Source of the DNA: Stegostoma tigrinum
Lineage: Eukaryota
Assembly (NCBI RefSeq): GCF_030684315.1
Contig: NC_081371.1
Coordinates: 40,802,390 to 40,866,389, forward strand
Length of the DNA: 64,000 bases
Direction: 5' to 3'
Below, one piece after another: positions 49,940 through 61,097 of this stretch (position 1 is the first letter of the stretch; the number at the start of each line of letters is the position of its first letter). Below the pieces are notes generated by a model, which was not told the origin of the DNA, ran no database searches, and saw only the letters and a list, made by a program, of their open reading frames with translations. Made by a program: the position numbers and the translations under genes.

Positions 49940-50163
49940 TAATGGGAACTGCAGATGCTGGAGAATCCAAGATAACAAATTGTGGAGCTGGATGAACACA
50001 GCAGGCCAAGCAGCATCTCAGGAGCACAAAAGCTGACGCTTCGGGCCTAGACCCTTCATCAGTGAGCTCTCTGATGAAGGGTCGAGGCCCGAAACGTCAG
50101 CTTTTGTGCTCCTGAGATACTGCTTGGCCTGCTGTGTTCATCCAGCTCCACAGTTTTGTTATC
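49940..50163. mobile_element. Fold-back insertion of Neptune-type pseudo-LTR in CCDC59 intron 1
   Basis: 14-bp flanking direct repeat ttcctattcagaga (49926-49939, 50164-50177). Arms of about 97 bp meet without a spacer at gag|ctc (50066/50067). Confidence 0.88.
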
Positions 50164-50798
50164 TTCCTATTCAGAGACATCTTCGCTCATAGTAAAGGAC
50201 GTTGCCCCGGGCCGCAAGTTGCCCCTTGGAAGTGAACAGGGATGGGATGATGTGTGGATAACCTGCAACTGTTTGCCGTCAATACTCAAGGTGAAAACAG
50301 TCGCTTGGAACGAGTTCCGAAGGAGATGAATGGATAGGTGGGACGGGTAATTTTTGATATTTTTTAGCAGTTGCAATGAGCCACGTGGAGTCTCCGGGCT
50401 TGCTCTACCACTCAATAAGATGATGGCAGATCTTACAGTTTCAGCTCTAACTTCCTTCAGTACCCTCTAACTGTCTCGGCGGAGAACACTGGTACGATTA
50501 CTTCTTGCTGTGAACTGACCGAAGGAGGTTAATTGTTTTGATTAAAAGTTATAACCCAACTATTATCATCGTTACTGCAGGTAGGCGAAGGGTGAAATAA
50601 AAAGGTCACTGAAACCGAAAGGTTAACTCTGCTTTCTCTCCACGGGCGCTGCCAGACCCACAGAGTTTTCCCAACAATTTGTGTTTCTGATTTCCATCAT
50701 CAGCAGCTCTTCGGGTTTTTTTTTCCAAAGAGCGAACTCGACGGAACTCGGGCCTTTGAGGGGACGCTGCAGCCAAAAAACGCAAGGGGAGTCCTCAC

Positions 50799-50946
50799 CT
50801 TCTCTAACACTGCCCCAACCTTTCTTGAAGTGATTCGCTATCCACCGCTGCTTTTGTTGTGATCTCTGCCGGCCTCTGAGCCCCGGGCCGGGATGAACTT
50901 TCTTCGCAAAGGTCCGGCCATCCCTTTTCCTCGAGCTGGACGCCAT
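50799..50946 (-). CDS. CCDC59: CCDC59 exon 1 CDS (148 nt): MASSSRKRDGRTFAKKVHPGPGLRGRQRSQQKQRWIANHFKKGWGSVRE(G). Total CDS 636 nt, 211 aa
   Basis: ATGGCG start, K.RW....K...GSV.EG motif and donor AG|GTGAGG. Splicing to exon 2 gives GSVREGQGFAF. Confidence 0.93.
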
Positions 50947-51178
50947 GATGTGTACGTCATCAATCTGCGACGGCAGCCGCGGGCGATCAGACCATCCTGT
51001 GGGGGAACACGGTGCAGCGGTCTCTGTAATCTTGTGTGGAGCTTTAACGGTCACTGTAGTGGAATATTTCCCCAATTTAAGGACAAAGTTTTTCATTTTC
51101 CTGAGTTTCAGTCCCCGGTTTCTCGTTATTTTGTGCTTTGGGAGGCCTACACCGGGTCTGCAGCCGACTCCACTCCCG
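50947..51178. promoter_or_regulatory. Bidirectional CpG-island promoter and 5' UTRs shared by CCDC59 and METTL25
   Basis: Divergent ATGs at 50946 (-) and 51179 (+) in CpG-rich sequence (about 50600-51350). The same head-to-head pair is recalled in human. Confidence 0.85.
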
Positions 51179-51383
51179 ATGCTGTTCCCCGCGGATGTCG
51201 GTCTAGACCTGGTCAAGAGCAAAATCAAAATCCTCACCGAGTTCCTGGACGTTTACCTGAAGATAGCAAACGTGCACACAGTTGATTTTTACACCCAAGA
51301 CGTTTGGAATCAGTTTGTAGCCCTGCCGCCTGAAACTGTCATATCACGACTGCTCTGTCAGCAGGGAGAAACTCCTGAACAGG
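51179..51383 (+). CDS. METTL25: METTL25 exon 1 CDS: MLFPADVGLDLVKSKIKILTEFLDVYLKIANVHTVDFYTQDVWNQFVALPPETVISRLLCQQGETPEQ
   Basis: Signature I.N.HTVDFYT..VW...V.LPPETV; donor GG|GTAAGG at 51384 (phase 1). The start codon choice is inferred. Confidence 0.9.
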
Positions 51384-51557
51384 GTAAGGAGCAGTTGTAT
51401 CAAGTGACCATCAGTAAATGGAACAGAATTTTGTTGATAATCTGTACCAAAACAATACCAAAAGTAGTTGAGCATTTGGCTCCTGTCACTAAAATTGGAA
51501 TACCTGATGACGTGTTGGGTTAACAAACATTCAAAGTATCTAGTATTTACTGACTGT

Positions 51558-51745
51558 GGAGCTGGATGAACACAGCAGGCCAAGCAGCATCAGAGGAACA
51601 GGAAAGCTGATGTTTCGACCCTAGGCCCGTCTAGGCCTGAAACGTCAGCCTTCCTGCTCCTCTGATGCTGCTTGGCCTGCTGTGTTCATCCAGCTCTGCA
51701 CCTTGTTATCTCTTTCTCCGGCATCTGCAGTTCCTACTATCTCTG
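51558..51745. mobile_element. Fold-back insertion of a related Neptune-type pseudo-LTR subfamily in METTL25 intron 1
   Basis: Flanking 15-bp repeat gtatttac(t/a)gactgt (51543-51557, 51746-51760). Imperfect inverted arms of about 68 bp. Confidence 0.8.
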
Positions 51746-54554
51746 GTATTTACAGACTGTTTTTCACAATGCAAGAACATCCCTAACTTTCACAAAAACA
51801 CTTCTGAAGTGTAGTGACTGTAGTTCAGTAGGATGCAGGAATTAAGGGACTAAATTTTCTTGTGGGCTTTGGGACCCCAATGTTCAGACCAAATGGAGGA
51901 TCACAGTCTGCAGTATTAATGGCATTGCAATTATCTAGAAGGTGGTTAATGTGCAGGAGTTGGCAGTTACATATTTGCCATCATTTTAAGGACCAGGACC
52001 AGACTTGAAATGGTGCAAGCTCAGTCAGAAGGCAGGCTGGAGAAGTGGGCTGTGCTGAGCCAGGCTGGGGAAAGCAATGGTTCGTCAACATGGAAAGGAG
52101 CTAGCAAGAAAGGTTGCGGTAAAACTTTTGGACAAGGACATTGGAAAACCTTTCCACAGGATTAAGTCTGATCGCCATTGTGACCTTTTGTTCCCACAAT
52201 GCTATCATTGAGACTTCCATCTCCATGGAAGGTGCCAAAAATCTGGCTTCCCCTGCGTTATGTTTGTGGGATACTATCCAGTGGGAAAGTTTCAGCAATG
52301 CCATAAGACTACCTTTAGTTAAAGCCTTAAACATCTTAATTGGCTACCTCTGTCCAATCTGTATCCACAGGGCTGGGACAATCCAGCTTAATTTGTGCAC
52401 AGCAAGATTCCACAACAAATAGTTCAATGAATGAATCCTGTAGCACCTTATCTGAAGATGTGAGGGGAGGACTGTTTATTTATTTGGGAGCTTAGTGTGT
52501 GTAAATAGGTTGCTGTGGGGTATAAAATTGAGAATCATCGAAACATTGCACAACAAAGGGAATAAAGTGTAACTCTAATTACACTGGATTTGAACCTTGT
52601 GTCCAATTTAGATTAGTGATATTTATTACCATGGTTACCGGAAAGAGCCTTAAACCTAATTTAGATTGCAAAAGGAAATACTAGCAATGAAATAGGCAGT
52701 ATGATATCAAATCTGAAAATAAAACTACAAATGGTGAATGGGTCAGAAGGCAATTGTGGAGGGCGAAATGTTTCTATTCCATGTCCTTTCATTAGAACTA
52801 GCAGAAGTTAATGATATCTGTTCTTAAGATTACAGCTGCTCATACACTTATTTTAAAGGAACTACTACTCTGTGTTACCTTTTTGTCTGTTGCTCATCAC
52901 GTACCCAACTGTGTGGCTGTGCAACTTAAAGAAATTGTTCCCTGTATCTTGTTTGAACAAATATGGAGGCTGGGAAAGTGGGGTGGGGAAAAACAGAAAT
53001 ATGTGATAGAATGGAAAGCCAGAGAGAAAGGTATGATGCTTCAGATTTCTTACAAAAAAGTAGTGGCTCCATTACTGTGTCTAGTAAAAACAGATTATTT
53101 TGTTTACTTTTGCCATGCTATTAATTTAGGCAACTCCAACAGTGTTGTGAAAAAGACATTGTTAAAGTGTAAATTATTCTGAATTGTCTTTTGAGATTGA
53201 CATCACTACCAGATATAGTTTCATGTTTGGTAGTGTAATGATTTCATACTATGAGTACCTTCTGCCATGCTACCTCATCTTCAAACATACTGACATTTTT
53301 CCTCTTCTAAGATTACTCTGAAGAGGCATGTGGCCATTACAATGTGCCATCCAGGTGCTTGCCAATTTTGAATAGGTCTGCAGGTGGTAGGAGATCGGAA
53401 AAATGAAAGGCGCACTAAGGATCCCAGCAATTTTGTTAAGTATAGTGTGACTCCAATTGTAGAAAACTAAGTTACTCTATCAGAGGATATTGCACATTAT
53501 AAACTTCCATCTGGTGTTATGTATATTCCAGGAAACTTACAAAATTTAATCTTTTTCAAAGGGCCCTGTGGTACATAAAAGAATAACGGAGCATTCCAAA
53601 GGATGTATCTTGAAGTAGGGTAGATGATCAGTGTGAAATAACTTTAAATCAATCACGTATGAATTTCCTTGGGGGCCAAATGTCCTCTCACTTTGTGTAT
53701 TTCAAGATAAAGTAGGTGCTGTTTTTATGGTCGCTGCCATTCAGTTAAAGGTGTACTGATTGTGCAGAGAAAGTACATATAGGTAGGTGCTGATTTTGGA
53801 GATCCTTTAATACTGGATATAAAACAAACTTTCATCAATCAGTATTTAAATCATCCACCATGAGAAACCTAAAATACTCACTTATAAAAGAAAAAAAAAA
53901 TTAAAATTACATATTATTTTTGCAGGATTACATTTTAAGGTGCATTTTCCACAACACATTTCTTACATCTGACCATTTTGGTGAAAAAAAAATCCACTTC
54001 CTTACTGTCATAACTGTCTGAGACACAAACACAGTTAACGGCTTAATCATTGTCACTTTCTCCATTCCTTAGATCTGTAGAGGTGATGTTTGTTGATGAT
54101 TGTAAATTTTCATGATTGAATTAGGCCGTGCATGCCTGCTGCAAAATCTGAATAACATTCAACCTTGGGCTAATAAATGACAAGTAACAATCATGTCACA
54201 AAATGTCACACAGTGACTGTCTCCAATAAGGGAGAATCTAAAAACCTGCCGTTCATGAAATATGTTATAACTGAATCCTTTACTCATCAACTGCTGGAGT
54301 TTAGCATCGATCAGAAAGTTTATGTAAGCCGTACAGTTACAGGAGCCAGTCAGAGGCAGAGAATAATTTACCTGCTGACTCTTCAGAGCATGTCTACCAG
54401 AAACAAGATAGTTTTCCTTCGCAGTCCTAATTCTATCACCAACTGTCTGGATTATTGCAGCTTTTCCCGCCATCAAGAAGCTCAACTCCATCCAAACAAA
54501 AGAAGCTTGCTCGATCGGCATCCCACCTACCAGTTTTAACATTTGCACCCTCCA

Positions 54555-56845
54555 GGGTAAAACAACCCACAGACATACAAATTAGCTGAACAGAACAGAT
54601 GCAGAATGCTACGTGTAATGATTGATGATGCCTTTAATTGACTACAAATATGAACTGAAAATTTTGCACCAAAAATCATACTACCTCAACACTACGGACC
54701 AGCAATGCATTATAACTCGAGAACAGGCCATCACCATCAAACAACACAGGAGCAAAACGAAGAAGGTACATAAGCTACAGGAGAAACTTACCAAACTGAT
54801 CCACCACAAAGACAAGGACAACAACAAACTGGATACATCGATAAGAAACCTATCCAGCAGACAACTCACAGAAACTGAGAAAGCTGTCCTATTACACAGA
54901 CTGAACTATAACCACAAAGATACGAACAGAACAGACTTGATAGTCGCCCTGGAAACTACATTAAAAGACTCTCAGACTCATGGATGAAACACAACAAGCC
55001 ATCTGACAAATTATAATCCCCACACTAAACCAAAGGAACGAATGGGCACCCTGAATACATCAGAGGGAAAAGCACCAGAAAAACTCAGGAATGACAAGTA
55101 CGTTATAATCCTACCAGCGGACAAGAGCGAATGACCATCATTATGAACAGACCGGACTATGTTGAGACAGTACAGGCATCTCTGGCAGATACAAACACTT
55201 ACCAATGGGTGGCGATAGTCCCAACACTGCAGCGAGGTAATAGGATCACCTAGACACTGAAACGACCAAAGGATGCAAGGTAGGTAACCAAGATGTACTG
55301 CATAAGACTAAAACCAGAAGGCACAAACACCCTTCGATTCTATGGATTTCCTAAAGTACACAAACCAGACATCCCCCTCAGACCCATTGTCTCCCAACTG
55401 GGCACACCTTCACACAAACAGGCCAAGGACAGAGACTGAAACACCTAATCGATGGGTCACCCCATTGCATCGACTCAATCCAAGAATCCCTCAATATCCT
55501 TATGCACATGAATATCAGCAACGACGAGATTATGGTAGCCTTTGACATCAAAGCGTTATTCATGACATCCCACTAGCCAAAGAAACACTGGCCACATCAC
55601 AGGAATGTAGTCCAGCAGCTCCATCAGCAATGACCACATACTCAAACTATAGACTTGTGCCTCACCACACACTTCATCTTTAATGGTCAAGTATACAAAC
55701 AGATCAGTGGCACACCCATGGGGTCACCCATCTCAGGATTCATCACAGAGGCAGTCATGCAAAGTCTAGAACACGCTGCCCTCCCCCAAATTCAACCCAA
55801 ATTGTGGATCCAATATGTGGATGACACATTTGTCATCGTTAAACGCGCCGAACTGGAAGAGGCCCATCACCTTATCTACAACGTATTCCCTGGGGTAAAA
55901 TTCACATTGCTGGACGTCAGAGTTGAATGAATGACCAACAGGGAGTTCCTAACCTCTGTATACAGGAAAGCATAAGCTGACAATATCCTCAACTTCCACA
56001 ATAACCACCCGAACATCCACAGCCAAAGCTGTGTTAGGACACTATTTAAATGGACCAGCACTCACCGCAACATGTCAGAACTATGCAGGAAAGGGGAAGA
56101 ACGCCTATACAAAATCTTCACTATGAATGGATATACCTACAACTTCATCCACAGGTGCCTGCTAAATAGACCACAACAAGAGGACACGCTACACCCTAAC
56201 ACACTAGCCACACTGCCCTACATCAAGAACATATCAGAACTGACAACGAGACTCCTACGACCACTAGGAATCATGGTAGCACACAATCCCACAACCACTC
56301 TACAACAAACACTCACAAGGATTAAAGACTACATTCCCACAACATGCAGAACCAACAAACAACATTCCATGCAACGACTGCCACAAGCATTACTTTGGAC
56401 AGACAGGAAGGAAACTAGCCATCAGAATTCACGAATATCAGCTAGCAGCAAAACAACACAGCAAACTTTCCCTAATATCAGTACACTCGGACAATGAAGG
56501 CCATCAGTTTAATTGGGACAACATAACCATAGTAGCCCAAGCCAAACGTAGACACGCACAGGAATTCCTAGAGGCATGGTTCTTTACCCATAATGCACTC
56601 AACAGACATATAGAATTGGACCCCATACACAAACTCATACAGAACAAAACTGGAAATGACACAACTCACCATAATGGACTGGACAGTATAAATTTCAAGC
56701 AGAGTAGAACAACATCCCTTCATCGGAGGCCTCATTGATGATGTTATTGAGCGTGGTGATGAAACATCTGAACAAAAACAAACCAGCTCAGTGAACAAGT
56801 CAATAACCTCACCTATAATCTGAGCTACAAATCTTTGCTAAAACA
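54555..56845 (+). mobile_element. Penelope-like element (Poseidon/Penelope-type), long and degenerate
   Basis: RNLSSRQLTETEKAVL; ILPADK; GTPMGSPISG; YVDDTF; LPYIKNISELTTRLLRPLGIMVAH; frameshifted GIY-YIG. The pLTR has a degenerate hammerhead core ttgatgatg...gatgaaacatctg at about 56735-56770. Confidence 0.92.
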
Positions 56846-57475
56846 TGATAAATTTACACCCTCCACCACTATTATGTAGTATCAGCAGTTTATACCATCT
56901 GTAAGTATTAATTCGCCAAGGTTTATTTGACAACACCTTCCAAAGCTGCAACCGCTACCACTAGAAAAACAAATACTGTTTTTTTCCATGATGCTGTTAT
57001 ACCATACATTAATCTGAAAATCTATTTTTATTTTGATTGGGCATAACTTACAGGTGTGCAGAGAAACTTCTTGTTCCATAGTGTTAGGTAATTTTGTTTG
57101 TCGCTCTCACATGCATTAACAAATTACATGAGATAAATACTAACTGAATTCCAGAACCTTAATTTCAATAAAGCTTTGCTTTAATGTTGTAGAACAGTAT
57201 TTTACTCTGAATGCTAAAATTACTCTTCATGCCGCTAATGTTTCTGGCATATTACATTTTTTACAGCTATGTACTGTATATTCTTCATTGGCTATGTAAA
57301 GAATAGCTCTTCAGACTCTTAAGCAAAAAAAAATGTAGATTTGGTACTATGAAAGGCACAATGGATCCAGTGTGCACCAAATAATTTAATTTTTTTTGTA
57401 TTTTCTTTTCTAAGCATTAATAGTAATTAGAACTAAAATTTAGTCTGCTTAAACTTTATCTTTATTCATGACCAG

Positions 57476-57628
57476 AAGAAATGGGTGTCTCAGTTTGGGA
57501 TGAGTCCCAAAAACTTAAAGATGTGGCTGCTTACAAGAGAGTTACTCAGGATCACTCCCTGCCAAACCTTGGAGTGTGCACCGCACTGGATGACCTGATA
57601 CAGGAGATGTGGGGAAATAAGCAAAAAG
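57476..57628 (+). CDS. METTL25: METTL25 exon 2 (153 nt, phase 1 to 1): (E)EMGVSVWDESQKLKDVAAYKRVTQDHSLPNLGVCTALDDLIQEMWGNKQK
   Basis: Matches the recalled SQKL..V.AF......S..NLG.CT....L...L.GN segment. Acceptor ttcatgaccAG (NAGNAG cagaag), donor AAG|GTTTGG. Confidence 0.85.
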
Positions 57629-59486
57629 GTTTGGAAATCAGTTTTGTGTTTTTTTTGTGTAAAATGGACTCCTGCACATATTTCACATGTACCACCCAGT
57701 TTGGTCAATGTCCTCTATATGCTGCTTGGAATGTCTTCTTCCACTCTCACCTTCTTCTCATCCTATTAGTTTAATCTTCAAAACCTTTCTTCTTTGCATC
57801 CTACTGTAGTTTCCTCTTAAATGTATCCAGGCTATTCATCTCAACTTTTCCTGTCAGTAGTTAGTTCCCAATCTAACCACTGACTGAATAAAGAAGTTTC
57901 TGCTCAGTTTTTCACTGGACTTATTCGTTTATAGCTTATCATCATGGACCATAGTGCTGGTCTCCCTACAACTGGAAAGTTCTTTTCTACCTCTGTTTAT
58001 CATAAACTCAAAATAATTTTATTAGGTTACTCATTAGCCTTCACTCTGTATTTAAAAAGTAGTCTAAGTAAGCCGCACTCAAGTTAAAATGATTTATTAA
58101 ATTTTGTATTATGATGTTGTTATTTTGTGTGTTGGTTTTCCAGTTAATTCATTAATTATAATATTCACTTTGTTTCAGATCTGATAAAATATACCATTTT
58201 ACCATCTTGTCTTTACTCCAAAACCAAGTTAGCTTTTGGCCCATCATGTCATTTTCAACATTTTTCAAATTTCTTATTTTTTGATTTATCTCACAAAGTA
58301 TCTGATTTCTTCTTAACGTTATTTCGTTTTGAAACTTATTTCAACATTTTCCTGTGCCCTTTCTACTATTATTTAATATTATATCACTATTTTTTATTAC
58401 AATCATAAGTCATGAGCTTTCCAGTTACACATCAAGTAACTTTGTACAAGATACCATGTCTGTTTTGAACTTGGACTGTTATTGAATTTTCTGTTGTGTT
58501 CTATGATATTGCATATGGTTTCAAGGAGGGATTTTTTTTCACTGATACACTGGGAACAGAGGGATTTTGTAATGGTGTGTTTTGCCTCATGTTTTGGTCT
58601 TTTAACACCACATTGTATGACTTCAGGCTCTCCCCCGAATGTCATCTTGATTGGCAGGCTTTGGTTACAGTTGGATGGGCATCTTTCCAGTAGAGGTCAC
58701 AGGACCAGATAGGCCCAATTCCTAATCTTGAGGTTGAGAGTGGCCCCAAAATTGGGAAAAAGGTGGATTGAGGTGCTATCAATTGGTCCTTGATATCATG
58801 TGGCAGCATAAGGAGGAGCGTAGGGGTACTGGTTGAATCCCAATGGAAGTCCAATCTTTGACCCTAGCAATATGGTTTCTGATTCCTGTCAGTGAATTGC
58901 ATGTTCTTTTGGGGGGATTGGCAAGTGGTTAGTGGATTCAGGGTCTGATTGTGGGTGAAATTCAGTTCTATGAAAGCTAGTTAAATTGGAGGCTTCCAAA
59001 AATTTAGAAAAGCTGAGTACACTTTGTAATACAACAGGGAACTGGCACATCACGCTGTTTGATATTTAGTTGTAAGCTTGTATAATTCATCAAATTATAC
59101 AAAAGTGGTAAAGAAACAACAAAAAAGACAGAAGTGGACCATGTGATGTTTATGCTGCATATGTGCTGTGATCCTAATTTCAAGGACCCATTTTGCTGTC
59201 ATATCCATTTGCATCAACCACTGAGGTAAGCTGATTTTACATATTGACATGGTACAGAAACTTCCTAGGCCCTGAGCTATTTGGGCTATGGTGACAAATG
59301 TGGGCAAATTACATGAGATGTCAAGTGAGGCCTATCTCAATGTCGAGACTGACAAGTTACATTTTCCAATTAAATTTCATAGTGAGGAAGGTCGACAAAG
59401 GAGACAGCAGAATATAGACCAATTGGAAAGTTATGAGGTTATGCGTTTTGGGAGGACAAATGCAAGTGTAAAGTATATAGTAAATC

Positions 59487-59757
59487 ACTGTCTGTATGGA
59501 GTTTGCAGATTCTCCGTGTGTCTGTGTGGGTTTCCGCCGAGTGCTCCATTTCCTCCCACAGTCCAAAAATATGCAGATGACATTGATTGGCCATGCTAAA
59601 TTGCCCATAATGTCCAGGGATGTGCAGGCTAGTTGAATTGGTCCTGGGGAAAGACAGGATTACATGGTTGGGGCTTGTCTGGGTGGGCTGTTCTTTACAG
59701 GGTCAGTGAAAATTCAATTGGCCAAATGGCCTGCTTCCACACGTTGGGATTCTATAA
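59487..59757 (+). mobile_element. HE1-type SINE lacking its head, nested in an old CR1
   Basis: ctgtctgtatggagtttgcagattctccgtgtg...tttcctcccacagtccaaaaatatgcag...gccatgctaaattgccc. Confidence 0.8.
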
Positions 59758-60009
59758 ATTCAATATTCTAATAAACTTGGATATACCAGGCCATTAAGAG
59801 CACTGATAAACAGAGGGATCTTGGGTACAAGTCCACAGCTCTCTAAAAGTAGCAACTCAAGTGGATAAGAAGGTAAAGAAGGCTTGCGGCATACTGGACA
59901 AACTTGCATTATTTTTGCTCAACATTGAAGGCTGAGGGACAACCTGAATCAAGTATATGAGTAAGATTATGAGGAGCATGAATAGTTGGAGTCTTTATAC
60001 TGGTGAATG

Positions 60010-61097
60010 TAAGAACATAAGAACTAGGAGCAGGAGTAGGCTGTTCGGCCCTTCGAGCTGGCTCCGCCATTCAATAAGATCATGGCTGATCTTTACATGG
60101 ACTCAGATCCACTTACCCGTGTTCTCACCGTATCCCTTAATTCCTTTATTGCTCAAAAAAAATCTAGCTTAGCTTTAAAAATGTTTACTGAAGTAGCATC
60201 AACGAATTCACTGGGCAAGGGATTCCAGAGATTAATAACCCTCTGAGTGAAGAAGTTCCTTCTCAATTCAGTCCTAAATCTGCTCCCTCTAATCTTGAGG
60301 CTATGCCCTCTTGTCCTAGCTTCACCTGCCAGTGCGGACATCCTCTCTATTTCTATCTTATCTATTCCATTCATAATTTTATATTGTTTCTATAAGATCC
60401 CCCTCAATCTTCTGAATTCCAATGAATATAATCGTAGTCTACTCAGTCTCTCCTCCAACCCCCTCAACTCCGGAATCAATCCAGTGAACCTCCTGTGCAC
60501 CTCGTCCAGTGCCTGTACAGCCTTCCTCAAGTAAGGAGCCCAAAACTGCACACAGTACTCCAGGTGTGGCCTCACCAGCACCTTCTACAGCTGCAACATA
60601 ACCTCTCTGCTTTTAAACTCAATCCCTTTAGCAATGATGGACAAAATTCCATTTGCCTTCCTAATTACTTGTTGTACCTGCAGAACAACCTTCTATGATT
60701 CATGGACAAGGACACCCAGGTCCCTCTGCATAGCAGCATGCTGCAACTTTTTACCATTCAAGTAGTAATCCCTTTTACTATGACTCCTACCAAAATGTAT
60801 GACTTCACGTTTATTTACATTGTATTCTATCTGTCAGATCTTTACCTGCTCACTCAATGTATCTGTGTTCCTCTGCAATGTTTCACAGTCCTCTGCACAC
60901 TTTGCTCTGCCACTCATCTTAGTGTCATCATCAAACTTTGACACCCTACACGTTCTCCCCAACTCCAAGTCATCTATATAAATTGTAAATAATTGCCGTC
61001 CCAACACCGATCCCTGAGGCACACCACTAGTCACTGATTGCCAGCCAGAATAGCACTCATTTATCCCCAGTCTTTGCTTCCTGTCAGTCAACCAATG
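60010..61097 (-). mobile_element. CR1 LINE 3' portion nested in an older + strand CR1 (about 59380-60005 and 61100-61380)
   Basis: WLTDRKQRLGIN...SGVPQGSVLG..LFTIYIDDL...SKFDDDTK; [16 protein letters not shown]; TRGHSLKIRG; tail (ttcttatg). Confidence 0.93.
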
